The position numbers and the translations under genes are program-made. From IMG/VR virus record IMGVR_UViG_3300030104_007230, positions 1 to 64,000 of that record: a stretch of 64,000 nucleotides of DNA. One strand, given 5' to 3'. The notes beneath the pieces were generated by a model that did not search any database, was not told the origin of the DNA, and saw only the letters and a list, made by a program, of their open reading frames with translations. The number at the start of each line of letters is the position of its first letter. Positions within the stretch are counted from its first letter, which is position 1. Shown here in pieces: positions 36,825 through 47,085 of this stretch. This DNA comes from an uncultured virus (IMG/VR IMGVR_UViG_3300030104_007230). Lineage: Duplodnaviria > Heunggongvirae > Uroviricota > Caudoviricetes.

Positions 36825-39140
36825 ATGATCCAAAGAGTTTCTAGCTTTGGAGGCGCTTTTGATGCAGGCTTTAAAGATCCATCAGGAGGATTTGATAAAA
36901 GAGAAAGAGATTATCAAAAAAAGATTGAAATAGAATTAACTAATCCGTATCAATTTTTTCCACCTGGAACAAGACCTGACTATAGCGAAATACGTTTTTA
37001 TGATATTGATAGTTCTTGGAGTCGTTGGAGACGTGGGTATGAATTATATTGCATAACACAAAGTTATTTAGGTTCACGTAAGAAAGAAAGAAATAGCCGT
37101 GGAGATTTTAGAATGTATATGTCATTCCAATTATTTCCAGGTCTTTTTATTCCCGCTAGGATTTTTACTTTTCCAAGTAGTGGTACAGAAACAGGAGAAC
37201 ATACAGTAGCAATTAGGGACACAAATGGATTTAACTTTTTTGATTTTGGAATACCTATTGAAGAAATTAGATATTTAGGTCCTTTAAAAACTGCAACTTA
37301 CAATAAAAGCGGAACAACTGTTACAGTTTCTTTAATTGATCATGGTTATTTTTTAGGTGAAACTATCTTTTTAGATTACACATCTGGTACAGCAGTAGAT
37401 GAAACTCTTTCTATTGTTTCAAAAACAAATAATACTTTTACTTGTACAAGCAGTGTTTCAGTTACTACTTCTGGAACTCTAAATGTAAGACAACATTTTG
37501 CTGATACTGCTGAAGGATTTGCAGATACTAGGTGGATTGAACAAAGAGTTAAAATCCGTTTTATGCCTACACCTGTAACTTTATTTAAAGGAGAAAGATT
37601 AGCTGATCGTGTAATTGAAAGAGATCCTGGAATTGCTTTTACTTATTCTCAATCAACTTATACAATTACTGTTACATGTAGTTCTGATCATGGATTATCT
37701 ACAGGTAATAAAGTATTTTTAAATATAACAAGTGGAAATAGTCCAACAGGACTTTATGACATTACAGTCACTAGTTCGACACAGTTTACAGTTATTGCAA
37801 TTAGTAGCACAACTACAAGTGGTGCAGGAATACTTAAAAGAAGAATTAAAGGATATGATTATAACAATTATGTAGGTTATACAGTCACTGGAGTTGATTT
37901 AGCAACAAATGAAATTTTATTTCAACGTGATGATAGTTATGGAACAAAAATAGTTAATGATAAAGCTGCTACTGTTGTTCCAGCACACCGTGGCTTTATA
38001 GCTTCTTCTGATAGATTTCTAACAACTGAAATCAGATATCAATGTAATTGTGCTGATTTTATGAAAAGAAAAACTTATAATTTATATGAAGAAAGCGCTA
38101 AAGAGAGATTTCCTAGAACATCTATTGATAGTGTTGTTCCTGGTGAAAGAAAAAACAGAGAAGGAACCGTAATTGATAGTAGAGATAATATAGGAGTTTT
38201 TAATGATTTTGGTTATTCACCTGTAAGTAATTTTTATCAATTACCTAGTTATGAAGATGGTACTGATGCTTCTTTTATGAGTTTGTTATATTATCAAACT
38301 CGATGGTGTAAACATATTTATGCAGCAATGTTTTCAATTGTACATGATGAAGGAAATGACCCAATAAATATTGAAGCTACTTATACGCAATCAGGCCCAA
38401 ATGTTACTATTAATGCAACAAATCATGGTCTTTTAGCTAACACTAAAATTCAAGTTGACTTTACAAGTGGAAATTTATTGAAAGGTGAATACACAATAAC
38501 TTCAGTTATTGATGTTAATAACTTTAAAATTGTTTATCCTTTTTCAGAAACTTCAAATGGATACTGTGTAGTTACTAATTTAAAACCGCATGAATATGCA
38601 AATACCTGGCTTCTTGAACCAAATGACCAACCAGCTGGAGATGCTCTTAATAGATTTCATGAACGCTTTGAAAAAGAACAAGAAAGAACTAAAAAAGCAG
38701 CAGAAAGAATGTCAATGATGGGTTATGGTTTACCTTGGAAAGGAAATGAAACAATTGAAAGAGGAGCTGGCACTTTACCTGAAGATGTTTCAGTTTTCAA
38801 ACCAAATCTAGTAACAATGAAATTATTAGATGCTGTTAAACGTGATGGAAAAGAATTAACTCGTGATGGAGTCTTAGTGAATAAGGCTGCCACTACATTA
38901 ATGAATATGCAAAAAGTATTGAACTTAGATTTTAATTTATTAGATGATGTTCGTATAGGAATGTTAGATCAACCTTTAAGTGATTACACTTCTGATTTTC
39001 AATTTGGTTTAGTAGACGGTGCAACTTATTTAAATGGATCTCCTATTGACGGTGAAGGAGTAAGTAATATGGATTGTTCGACTTATAATCCAGGAGTTTC
39101 ACAAGACATAAATGTAGATGCTGGACCTTACATTAATTAA
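36825..39140 (+). CDS. Large virion protein with three HG-type beta modules and a split SWIM-like zinc finger
   Basis: DHGYFLGETI, DHGLSTGNKV, NHGLLANTKI repeats; YQCNCADF...WCKHIYAAM. Confidence 0.7.
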   Translation: MIQRVSSFGGAFDAGFKDPSGGFDKRERDYQKKIEIELTNPYQFFPPGTRPDYSEIRFYDIDSSWSRWRRGYELYCITQSYLGSRKKERNSRGDFRMYMSFQLFPGLFIPARIFTFPSSGTETGEHTVAIRDTNGFNFFDFGIPIEEIRYLGPLKTATYNKSGTTVTVSLIDHGYFLGETIFLDYTSGTAVDETLSIVSKTNNTFTCTSSVSVTTSGTLNVRQHFADTAEGFADTRWIEQRVKIRFMPTPVTLFKGERLADRVIERDPGIAFTYSQSTYTITVTCSSDHGLSTGNKVFLNITSGNSPTGLYDITVTSSTQFTVIAISSTTTSGAGILKRRIKGYDYNNYVGYTVTGVDLATNEILFQRDDSYGTKIVNDKAATVVPAHRGFIASSDRFLTTEIRYQCNCADFMKRKTYNLYEESAKERFPRTSIDSVVPGERKNREGTVIDSRDNIGVFNDFGYSPVSNFYQLPSYEDGTDASFMSLLYYQTRWCKHIYAAMFSIVHDEGNDPINIEATYTQSGPNVTINATNHGLLANTKIQVDFTSGNLLKGEYTITSVIDVNNFKIVYPFSETSNGYCVVTNLKPHEYANTWLLEPNDQPAGDALNRFHERFEKEQERTKKAAERMSMMGYGLPWKGNETIERGAGTLPEDVSVFKPNLVTMKLLDAVKRDGKELTRDGVLVNKAATTLMNMQKVLNLDFNLLDDVRIGMLDQPLSDYTSDFQFGLVDGATYLNGSPIDGEGVSNMDCSTYNPGVSQDINVDAGPYIN

Positions 39141-39143
39141 AAA

Positions 39144-39578
39144 ATGACAATTCAAATTCTTTCTAGAAGATCTAGTCTTTTAAATGACAGGCCAGTTCCC
39201 ACAAGAATTGCAGCTGGAGAAATCTGTCTTAATCAAAATCCAGGAGATCCTGGTTTATATTTTGCAGACAGCACTGCTTCACCTAGTACGGGTTTAATAA
39301 AAGTCGGACCTGTGCATATAGGTTCAACACAACCTAATAATTCTCCAGCAGGTTTTACAAGTTTTTCAAAAGGAGAACAATGGCTTGATACTGCAAGTAC
39401 ACAAGTTTTAAAAATACACAATGGAACAGCTTGGCAAACTGTAAAAGCAGTAGCTTCAATAGATCCAAATGCAGGAGTCTATCCTTCTAATCCAGTAAAT
39501 GGACAACTACATTACACTGAATCGAATACTACTTTATATATTTATCGAACAAGTACATCTAGTTGGCAAGCTATTTAG
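39144..39578 (+). CDS. Tail fibre/spike-associated protein
   Basis: IQILSRRSS...AGEICLN; GEQWLDT...LKIHNGTAW repeats. Confidence 0.65.
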   Translation: MTIQILSRRSSLLNDRPVPTRIAAGEICLNQNPGDPGLYFADSTASPSTGLIKVGPVHIGSTQPNNSPAGFTSFSKGEQWLDTASTQVLKIHNGTAWQTVKAVASIDPNAGVYPSNPVNGQLHYTESNTTLYIYRTSTSSWQAI

Positions 39579-39834
39579 TTCTTTGAGAAATTAAATAAGC
39601 ATTTAAGAATTCCCAAATTTTATCTAATTTTTGATTAACACTATTCATTTCACGAATTAAATCTTGTTTCATAACGTAATCTCGAAGCATATTATCTTCA
39701 ACTCGATCAATTTCATTTTGTAATCTATCAAATTTTTTTTGAAGTTTGTCATTGAAACCATTTAATGATTTTACAACGCCTGCAAAGGCAGCAATTGCAC
39801 TTGTAATGGCAATAAGAATTACTTCTGCATTCAT
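39571..39834 (-). CDS. TM plus coiled-coil small protein (lysis-accessory-like)
   Basis: N-terminal TM helix, ...RDYVMKQDL...QKLDKI. Confidence 0.65.
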   Translation of the reverse strand: MNAEVILIAITSAIAAFAGVVKSLNGFNDKLQKKFDRLQNEIDRVEDNMLRDYVMKQDLIREMNSVNQKLDKIWEFLNAYLISQRTK

Positions 39835-39890
39835 TTTTCTATTCTAAAGGACTTAACAACTTAGAATGATTAATACGTATAGGAAATTAT

Positions 39891-40418
39891 ATGGCAACAT
39901 ATAAGCCAAATGTAGAAGGAGCTATTAATGCGCTTGTAGATTTGATGACTGCAAATGCATTTACTATGACACGTAAGCCTTATGCATTAAATTATCGTGG
40001 ATTAGTAGATGCAATTATAGATTTAAAAGAAGGATTTCCTACTTTTGCTCCAATTCGTGTTGGATTTGATGCAACTACTTTTGAAGCAGTTTCAAATGGT
40101 GACGCTCTTTATATGAGAACTGCTGATGGTCAAGTAGGTAAAGCTACAGCTGCTAATGGAAATTCTGAAGCTGCTAGTGTTGTAGGTTTTGCAGATAGTG
40201 CTGTAGGTTCTTCTAATACTGTAAAAGTTGTTGTTGTAGGTATTAAAACTCTTTCTGGATTGGATGCAGGTGATCTTTATTATTTGTCTCCATCTACAGC
40301 TGGAGCAATTACAAAAACTCCTCCTTCAGGTTCAGGACAATCGATAACTCGTTTAGGAGAGGCAGCAACAACTGCCGATTTTAGTATTCAAATTGAACCT
40401 CCAATTTTATTAGTATAA
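39891..40418 (+). CDS. Structural protein, tandem paralog 1
   Basis: FEAVSNGDALY...DGQVGKA.A...GLDAGDLYYLS...GAIT.TPPS...IEPPILL. Confidence 0.75.
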   Translation: MATYKPNVEGAINALVDLMTANAFTMTRKPYALNYRGLVDAIIDLKEGFPTFAPIRVGFDATTFEAVSNGDALYMRTADGQVGKATAANGNSEAASVVGFADSAVGSSNTVKVVVVGIKTLSGLDAGDLYYLSPSTAGAITKTPPSGSGQSITRLGEAATTADFSIQIEPPILLV

Positions 40419-40888
40419 TGCCAAATCCTGGAGTAATAGATCATGAACCATATGATGCTAACGATGTAGGTCTTGTTGGTGTATTAAAAGATTTGAAAGA
40501 AACAATGGCAAATCAGCAAGTTTATACTGTCGTTGGGTATCGCTGTGAAGCTTTTGAAAATGTAACTCAAGGTGATGCACTTTATTGTCGTGAAAGTGAT
40601 GGAAAAGTAGGAAAAGCAATTGCTAATGATACTTTGGATAAAGCTTTAGTTGCTGGTTTTGCGCAAACAACTAAGTCAACTGGTCAAATAGTTCAAGTTG
40701 TAATTAGAGGATTACTTGCAACTTCTGGTTTAGATGAGGGAAATGATTATTATCTTTCAGCTGCTTCTTCTGGTGCTATTACTAAAACAGCACCTTCTAC
40801 TGCTAGTCAGTACCTAACAAGAATTGGAGAAGCTGCAAATTCTGCACAATTAATTATTAAAATAGAACCTCCTATTCTTTTGCGCTAA
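40418..40888 (+). CDS. Structural protein, tandem paralog 2
   Basis: Same motif series as the previous gene. Confidence 0.75.
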   Translation: MPNPGVIDHEPYDANDVGLVGVLKDLKETMANQQVYTVVGYRCEAFENVTQGDALYCRESDGKVGKAIANDTLDKALVAGFAQTTKSTGQIVQVVIRGLLATSGLDEGNDYYLSAASSGAITKTAPSTASQYLTRIGEAANSAQLIIKIEPPILLR

Positions 40889-40965
40889 TGAAACTTTAGT
40901 CATCGTAAGATAGAAACAATGAGTAGTTCTATACCTATGAAGAACTCGGAAGATTTAATTAGAAC

Positions 40966-42624
40966 ATGGCAGTAAGAAATCCACTTATAATTGTTTCTGG
41001 ATTATTTCAGGAATTAAATACTTCTTCAGATAAATTAAATTTTGCTGGTAATACTACAGCTGATTTAACTGAAAATACAAATCTTTATTACACAGATGCT
41101 AGAGCAAGAGCTTCTGTTTCAGTAACAGATAGTGGGGGAGATGGAAGTCTTGCATATAACAGTTCGACAGGTGTAATTACATATACAGGACCTTCTGCTT
41201 CTGAAGTCAGAGCGCATATTAGTGTTGCTTCTGGTTCAGGATTAACTTATTCCTCTGGAGAGATAGGAACAAGTGCTATTCCTAATTCACAACTTGCAAA
41301 TGATTCACTCACTATAGGTAGCACTGAAATTGATTTAGGAGCAACGCAAGGAACTTTAGTTGGCTTAACTTCTTTAGCATCTGGAACTTTAATAGCAGGA
41401 GTAGAAGATGCTGCTAATGCTATTGAAATCGGAAGTGGAAATATTATTTTTGAAGGATCAACAGCTGATGCCTATGAAGTAACGCTAACTTCAGCAGATG
41501 CAACAAGCTCTGACAAAACAATTACATTGCCAGATGCAACAGGAACAGTTGCGCTTCTTTCTACATTAAGTGTTGCAGGAAGTTCAGGACTTACTTACAA
41601 CTCAGGAACAGGACAATTTGGAACAAGTGCTATTCCAAATGCTCAGTTAGCAAATAGTGCAGTAACGATTGGAAGTACTTCTGTTTCTCTTGGTGCTACT
41701 GTTACTGCTTTTACAGGTCTTTCAGCATTAACATCAACAACTCTTACAGGAACAACACTTATTGCAGGTGTTGCTGATGCTGCTAATGCAATTTCTATTA
41801 CAGCTGGAAATATTACATTTGAAGGATCTACAGCAGATAGTTACGAAATAATTTTAACTGCAGCAGATGCAGCAAGTTCAGATAAAACAATTACTCTTCC
41901 TAATGAAACAGGAACTGTCTTAACAAATGCTTCTTCTATTGCTAATAGCAATCTTGCAAACAGTTCATTAACTATTGGTTCTACAGCTATAGCACTTGGA
42001 GCAACAGCGGCATCCATTGCAGGAGTTACTTCTATAACCTCAGCAGCTGTTGTTACTGATGATGATGGATTTAGAGTACGTGATAATTCAGATGCTACTA
42101 AACAATTAGCTTTTGAATGTTCAGGCATTAGTGGAAGTACAACACGTACTATGACTATCCCTGATTCAGACGGAACTATAGCTACGCAAGCATATGTTAA
42201 TGCTCAGATAACAGCAGAAGATCTTGATATTAGTGATGGAAGCTCTGCAATTTCTATTGATTTAAACTCAGAGACTTTAACACTTGCAGGTGGTACTGGA
42301 GTAACAAGTACAGCAGCTACTAATACAGTTACATTTGCTATTGATGCGACAGTTGCAACATTAGCTGGATCACAAACCTTAACAAATAAAACACTTACAA
42401 GTCCTACAATTAATGCAGCTACACTAACAGGAGTATTAGACTTAACAGCTGGAGTCTTATCAGGAGCTAGTCCTTTAATTTTTGAAGGCTCTACTGCTGA
42501 TGGCAATGAAACTACGTTTGCTTTTGTAGATCCAACCGCAGATCGGACAATTACTTTCCCAGATGAATCAGGAACTATGTCTACTCAAAGTTTTGCTACT
42601 GCAATAGCAGTTGCATTAGGATAG
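40966..42624 (+). CDS. Tail fibre protein with internal repeats
   Basis: Repeated IPNxQLANxxxTIGST and FEGSTAD...DKTITLP modules; ends AIAVALG. Confidence 0.85.
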   Translation: MAVRNPLIIVSGLFQELNTSSDKLNFAGNTTADLTENTNLYYTDARARASVSVTDSGGDGSLAYNSSTGVITYTGPSASEVRAHISVASGSGLTYSSGEIGTSAIPNSQLANDSLTIGSTEIDLGATQGTLVGLTSLASGTLIAGVEDAANAIEIGSGNIIFEGSTADAYEVTLTSADATSSDKTITLPDATGTVALLSTLSVAGSSGLTYNSGTGQFGTSAIPNAQLANSAVTIGSTSVSLGATVTAFTGLSALTSTTLTGTTLIAGVADAANAISITAGNITFEGSTADSYEIILTAADAASSDKTITLPNETGTVLTNASSIANSNLANSSLTIGSTAIALGATAASIAGVTSITSAAVVTDDDGFRVRDNSDATKQLAFECSGISGSTTRTMTIPDSDGTIATQAYVNAQITAEDLDISDGSSAISIDLNSETLTLAGGTGVTSTAATNTVTFAIDATVATLAGSQTLTNKTLTSPTINAATLTGVLDLTAGVLSGASPLIFEGSTADGNETTFAFVDPTADRTITFPDESGTMSTQSFATAIAVALG

Positions 42625-42628
42625 AATT

Positions 42629-43030
42629 ATGGCTACCCAAGTACAATTTAGAAGAGGTTCTACACCTGAAAATAACGCCTTTAAAGGTGCACAAGGTGAA
42701 ATTACTGTTGATACTAGTGAAAGAACACTTCGTGTTCATGATGGATCCTTAACAGGAGGCTATCCACTCCTTAAAAGAGACGGGACTAATTCAGAATTAG
42801 CAGCAGGAAATTTATCAAGCTGTGCTTTAAAATTTGCCAACGATTCCAATACTGGTATCAATCGTCCAGGAGCTGATCAATTAGCTTTCGTAACTGGAGG
42901 AGTTGCTAGGCTTACAATAGACTCATCTGGTGCGGCTACATTTTCAGGAAATGTTTCTGTTAATGGAAATTTAACAGCTACCACTACCAGTTTTTCTGAT
43001 CAAATCGCTCTTATTCTCGCTCTAGGCTGA
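42629..43030 (+). CDS. Tail fibre protein with an Mtd-N/hyaluronidase-N-like domain
   Basis: QVQFRRGST...GAQGEITVDT...LRVHDG...GGYPL. Confidence 0.75.
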   Translation: MATQVQFRRGSTPENNAFKGAQGEITVDTSERTLRVHDGSLTGGYPLLKRDGTNSELAAGNLSSCALKFANDSNTGINRPGADQLAFVTGGVARLTIDSSGAATFSGNVSVNGNLTATTTSFSDQIALILALG

Positions 43031-43031
43031 T

Positions 43032-43373
43032 ATGGCAAATACCTTCAAAATCGATACTAAATCAAGTGTAGTAAATGATGCTATTACTAACTCGAACTGT
43101 AACGTAGTCACGGCAGGAGGGTCAGCAACATTAATTCTTTTAAGTTGTTTAATTTCAAATAAATCTGGAACAAGTGTTGATGTGGATGTGTACTTAGTTA
43201 CAAGCGCAGGAGATGATGTTTATTTATTGAATACTGTACCTATCCCTGCAGGTTCTTCTTTAGAAGTGATAGGGGGTTCAAAAATAGTTTTAGAATCAAA
43301 TGATGTTTTACGAATACGTGCAGAGACAGCCTCTGCTGTTGATGCTTCAGTAAGTTACTTAGAACAAACTTAA
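43032..43373 (+). CDS. Small tail structural protein
   Basis: MANTFK...IPAGSSLEV..GSKIVLESND.L....D.SVSYLE. Confidence 0.75.
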   Translation: MANTFKIDTKSSVVNDAITNSNCNVVTAGGSATLILLSCLISNKSGTSVDVDVYLVTSAGDDVYLLNTVPIPAGSSLEVIGGSKIVLESNDVLRIRAETASAVDASVSYLEQT

Positions 43374-43385
43374 GGAGGATTAATA

Positions 43386-44498
43386 ATGGCTCTTACTAAA
43401 CTTGACGGATCAGCTTTAGGACCTACTGCTCAGGATCTTTTAGGATCAAGAAATTTGATAATTAATGGAGCATTTCAAGTTGCTCAAAGAGGAACGTCGT
43501 CTACAGCTACTGGTTATCAAACAGTTGATAGATGGGGTGTGAGCTTTAGTGGAACAGATGAAGCACCTACTCAATCACAACATGATTTAACTTCTAGTGA
43601 TACTGGGCCTTGGGCTGCTGGATTTAGAAAGTCATTTCATATAACCAACGGCAATCAAACTGGTGGAGCTGGTGCAGCCGATGCTATAGAAATGTATATG
43701 ACTCTAGAAGCTCAAGATATAGCAAACTCTAGTTGGGATTACACATCAAGTTCTAGTTATATAACATTTTCATTCTGGGTTAAATCAAGTGTTGCTCAAA
43801 ACTTTTATGGTTGGTGGAAAACATCTGATGGAACCTCTCAACTTTATGCTTTTGAGACTGGTTCATTAACTGCTGATACTTGGAAAAAAGTAACTGTAGA
43901 AATTCCTGGTAATTCTAATCTTCAGTTTGATAATAATAATGAAGCTGGTTTTCATGTCAGAATTATTCCTTTTAATGGTACAGATGAAACTGGCTCAATG
44001 AGTTTGAATACTTGGGCTGCTTATAATAGTTCAGTAAGAAACCCAGATCAAACTTCAACTTGGTACACAACCAATAATGCAACCTTTGAGATTACAGGAG
44101 TTCAGTTAGAAGTAGGAAATAGTGCAACAGAATTCGAACATAGATCCCTTGCTGATGAATTAGCTAAGTGCCAAAGATATTACTATGTACATGCTAATGG
44201 TAATGATAAACCAGTTATGACTAGTGCCAATTATAGTACTACTGCTATTTTTGGTCTGATTCCGTTCCCCGTTGAAATGAGAACATATCCAACACTTGAG
44301 GCTACAACAGGGACAAATTATTTTAGAGTTTATGCAAATTCAACAAATGATCTTTTTGATAATTTAGGTCTGCAAGGCAGCTCTACTACTGGGTATATTC
44401 TGCAAGGTGATACAAATCTAAGTGTAACAGCAGGTCAAGGTTCTTGGGTGCAAACTGCAAATGCAAGTGCTAAAATAGCTTTTAAAGCAGAGCTTTAG
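43386..44498 (+). CDS. Tail fibre/receptor-binding protein with a carbohydrate-binding-like domain
   Basis: RNLIINGAFQVAQRGTS...DRW...ITGVQLEVG..ATEFEHRS..DELAKCQRYY. Confidence 0.85.
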   Translation: MALTKLDGSALGPTAQDLLGSRNLIINGAFQVAQRGTSSTATGYQTVDRWGVSFSGTDEAPTQSQHDLTSSDTGPWAAGFRKSFHITNGNQTGGAGAADAIEMYMTLEAQDIANSSWDYTSSSSYITFSFWVKSSVAQNFYGWWKTSDGTSQLYAFETGSLTADTWKKVTVEIPGNSNLQFDNNNEAGFHVRIIPFNGTDETGSMSLNTWAAYNSSVRNPDQTSTWYTTNNATFEITGVQLEVGNSATEFEHRSLADELAKCQRYYYVHANGNDKPVMTSANYSTTAIFGLIPFPVEMRTYPTLEATTGTNYFRVYANSTNDLFDNLGLQGSSTTGYILQGDTNLSVTAGQGSWVQTANASAKIAFKAEL

Positions 44499-44500
44499 TT

Positions 44501-44893
44501 ATGGCAGTTTATAAACTAATTAGGAATTCTGATGGTGAAATTAATAGTGTTACTAAAGATTTAGGTACTGTTGGTACCTCTAAACACTCATTAGATATTC
44601 CACTTGTAGATGATAATATCGATTATCAAGAGTATCTAGAATGGGTAAATGAAGGAAATAAAGCTGAAGAACCAAGTGTTGAAGATGATTGGGAACAAGT
44701 AAGAAGTAGAAGAGATGGATTATTAGCAGGATCTGATTGGACAATGACAACAGGTGCAACTATTGATCAAGCTCAATGGTCTGCTTATCGTGAGAAATTA
44801 AGAGATATTCCACAAACATATAAAAATGTTTCTCATCCTTTAACAGAAGTCGTTTGGCCTACTACTCCTTCAACTAAAGGACCTAATAGTTAA
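44501..44893 (+). CDS. Tail fibre assembly chaperone
   Basis: N.DYQEYLEW...WEQVRSRRDGLLAGSDWT...WSAYREKLRDIPQ...WPTTP. Confidence 0.85.
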   Translation: MAVYKLIRNSDGEINSVTKDLGTVGTSKHSLDIPLVDDNIDYQEYLEWVNEGNKAEEPSVEDDWEQVRSRRDGLLAGSDWTMTTGATIDQAQWSAYREKLRDIPQTYKNVSHPLTEVVWPTTPSTKGPNS

Positions 44894-44955
44894 TCGTCTT
44901 AGTATAAGTAACTGTAAAATACTAATAAGCGCAAGCCACTCTTAGTGTATAAACT

Positions 44956-46722
44956 ATGCCATATCTTGGGAATAATTTAGAAGCAGCCTTTAAGAACTAT
45001 AAATCTATTGATGATATTAGTAGTAGCTTTAATGGTTCAACAACTTCTTTTGCTTTACAAGTAAACAGTCTTACTCCAGTTCCTTTTCCTAGAGATGCGC
45101 AAAATTGTTTAATCTCTATTGGTGGTGTAATACAAAAACCTGATACAACAGGAACTACTGGATTTAAACTTTCAGGAACAAATATAGTTTTTAGTTCTGC
45201 TCCTGCAATAGGAGAATCTTTCTTTGGAGTAATTCTTGCAGGTGCAGATTATGTTAATGCAGGTGTTAATTATCCAGACGGCACTGCAGGTGCACCCTCA
45301 ATAACATGGTCTGACGATACAGACACAGGATTCTACCGATCAGGTGCTGGAACTACATCTGCTACTGCTAATGGATCTCAAGTATTAGAATTTCCTTCTA
45401 GTACGTCAGGTACTTTTTCTGTTTTAAGTAAATTAGCTATAGGTACAACAACTGCAACAGGAAAATTAACTATCCATAACAGTGATGATGCAAATGTAAA
45501 TGTACTTGAGGTATTTAACGATAATGGTAATAATAGTGGTGGTTTTTCCCAAGCTTCTGATGGTGATGGAACGATATTTGCAAAGAAGAATGATGGAACA
45601 TTAAGTATATTTTTAAGATCTGATGGTATTTCTTATTTTAATGGTGGAAATTTAAGTATAGGCACAAGTGCGGCTGACACTTTGCTTCATTTAGAGGCAA
45701 CAAATACATCAAGTAGCATTAATAATGCTATTAGGATTTCTGATGCAGATACGGCAGTTGTCGCTGATCAAGTTTGTGGAAGAATTGAATTTGAAACGGC
45801 TGATACAGGCAACCCAGGTGTTAATTGTCAAATTGATGCTATTTATAGTGGAAATGGTGGAGGAGGTGAACTCCAAATAAGAACAGGTTTCGCTGGATCG
45901 TTAGTAGATGCTTTAAGAATAGACGATACTGGAAACGTAGGTATAGGTGCAGCTCCTAGTGTTGCACATTCTTCTGGTAGCCAATTAGTTATAGGTACTG
46001 GGTCAGGAGAAAGAGGCATGACTATCTACTCAGGAAGTACTTCAGGAGGTGTTCTTAACTTTGCTAAAGGTACTTCTAGTACTGATAGATATGACGGAAG
46101 AGTTTATTACACGCATCATGCCTCTGCTTCTCACATGCGCTTTATGGTTGGGAATGGTGGAGAAAGAATGAAAATAAAGGAGGATGGTGATGTAGAGATA
46201 ACAGACGGCAACCTAGTTGTAGCAAACGGTCACGGTGTTGACTTTAGTGCTGTTACTAATGATACAACCAATGCAACTTCTACTAGTGCCACTTTAAGTG
46301 ATTATGAAGAAGGTACTTTTAGTCCTACTTTAAAAAGTAATGGAGCAGCTAATACATATCCAACACAAAGCTATACTGTTAATACTGGTTATTATACAAG
46401 AGTAGGAAGAATTTGCCATGTTACTTTTGATATTCAAATGGCTAGTAGTGGTATAACTTCAGGATCTAATTATTGTAATATTGCTAATTTACCTTTTAAA
46501 ATTTATAATTCAAATAATGCTAGAGGTGTAACATTTAACAATTCTTTTTGGGACAATTGGACTTCTGACAACACTCCAACAACTGCTTATGGTTATAAAG
46601 ATGATTACTGGGTTTATCTTTTAGCTTTAGATGAAAGTAAAAACAGTAAGGAATATGTAGGAGCTAGTCAAGTTACAAATAACACTAGAATAATGGGTTC
46701 TATTACTTACACGTGTCAATAG
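44956..46722 (+). CDS. Tail fibre protein
   Basis: MPYLGN...DDISSSFNG..T.F.L; GNVGIG repeats; DYEEGTFSP...GYYTRVGR C-terminal module. Confidence 0.85.
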   Translation: MPYLGNNLEAAFKNYKSIDDISSSFNGSTTSFALQVNSLTPVPFPRDAQNCLISIGGVIQKPDTTGTTGFKLSGTNIVFSSAPAIGESFFGVILAGADYVNAGVNYPDGTAGAPSITWSDDTDTGFYRSGAGTTSATANGSQVLEFPSSTSGTFSVLSKLAIGTTTATGKLTIHNSDDANVNVLEVFNDNGNNSGGFSQASDGDGTIFAKKNDGTLSIFLRSDGISYFNGGNLSIGTSAADTLLHLEATNTSSSINNAIRISDADTAVVADQVCGRIEFETADTGNPGVNCQIDAIYSGNGGGGELQIRTGFAGSLVDALRIDDTGNVGIGAAPSVAHSSGSQLVIGTGSGERGMTIYSGSTSGGVLNFAKGTSSTDRYDGRVYYTHHASASHMRFMVGNGGERMKIKEDGDVEITDGNLVVANGHGVDFSAVTNDTTNATSTSATLSDYEEGTFSPTLKSNGAANTYPTQSYTVNTGYYTRVGRICHVTFDIQMASSGITSGSNYCNIANLPFKIYNSNNARGVTFNNSFWDNWTSDNTPTTAYGYKDDYWVYLLALDESKNSKEYVGASQVTNNTRIMGSITYTCQ

Positions 46723-46728
46723 ATCTTT

Positions 46729-46783
46729 AGACCGTTAGCACGTCTCAAAACTACGCCATAAACCTGTTTTAATCGGAGATTAA
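46729..46783 (+). ncRNA. Pseudoknot-like leader (family III-like copy 3) plus hairpin over the RBS
   Basis: AGAC-CGTTAGCAC-GTCT-CAAAA-CTACG; TTAATC-GGA-GATTAA just before ATG 46790. Confidence 0.5.
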
Positions 46784-46789
46784 TCCTAA

Positions 46790-47083
46790 ATGGCTACACT
46801 CACAGAAACACAAGAGAACGATAAGATTGAAGTTCTAAAATGGGACATACAGGTAAGAAACGCAACAATCATTAAAAAAGATGGTGTGGAACTTACCCGT
46901 ACCTTTTATAGAAAAGTATTACAACCAGGAACACTTGATGAAAGTGATAACCTAGTTGAGACAGATATCAGTGGAGAAGATGCAGACGTACAAGCAATAT
47001 GTAACGCTGTATGGACCACACAAATCAAAGCAGATTACAAAGCTTTTTTAATTGCTAATAAGAATACAACTCCTGCTAGTTAA
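46790..47083 (+). CDS. Tail-fibre-associated small protein
   Basis: DKIEV...IQVR.ATIIKKDGVELTRTF.R.VL.PG...DISGEDADVQAICNAVWT. Confidence 0.75.
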   Translation: MATLTETQENDKIEVLKWDIQVRNATIIKKDGVELTRTFYRKVLQPGTLDESDNLVETDISGEDADVQAICNAVWTTQIKADYKAFLIANKNTTPAS

Positions 47084-47085
47084 AA

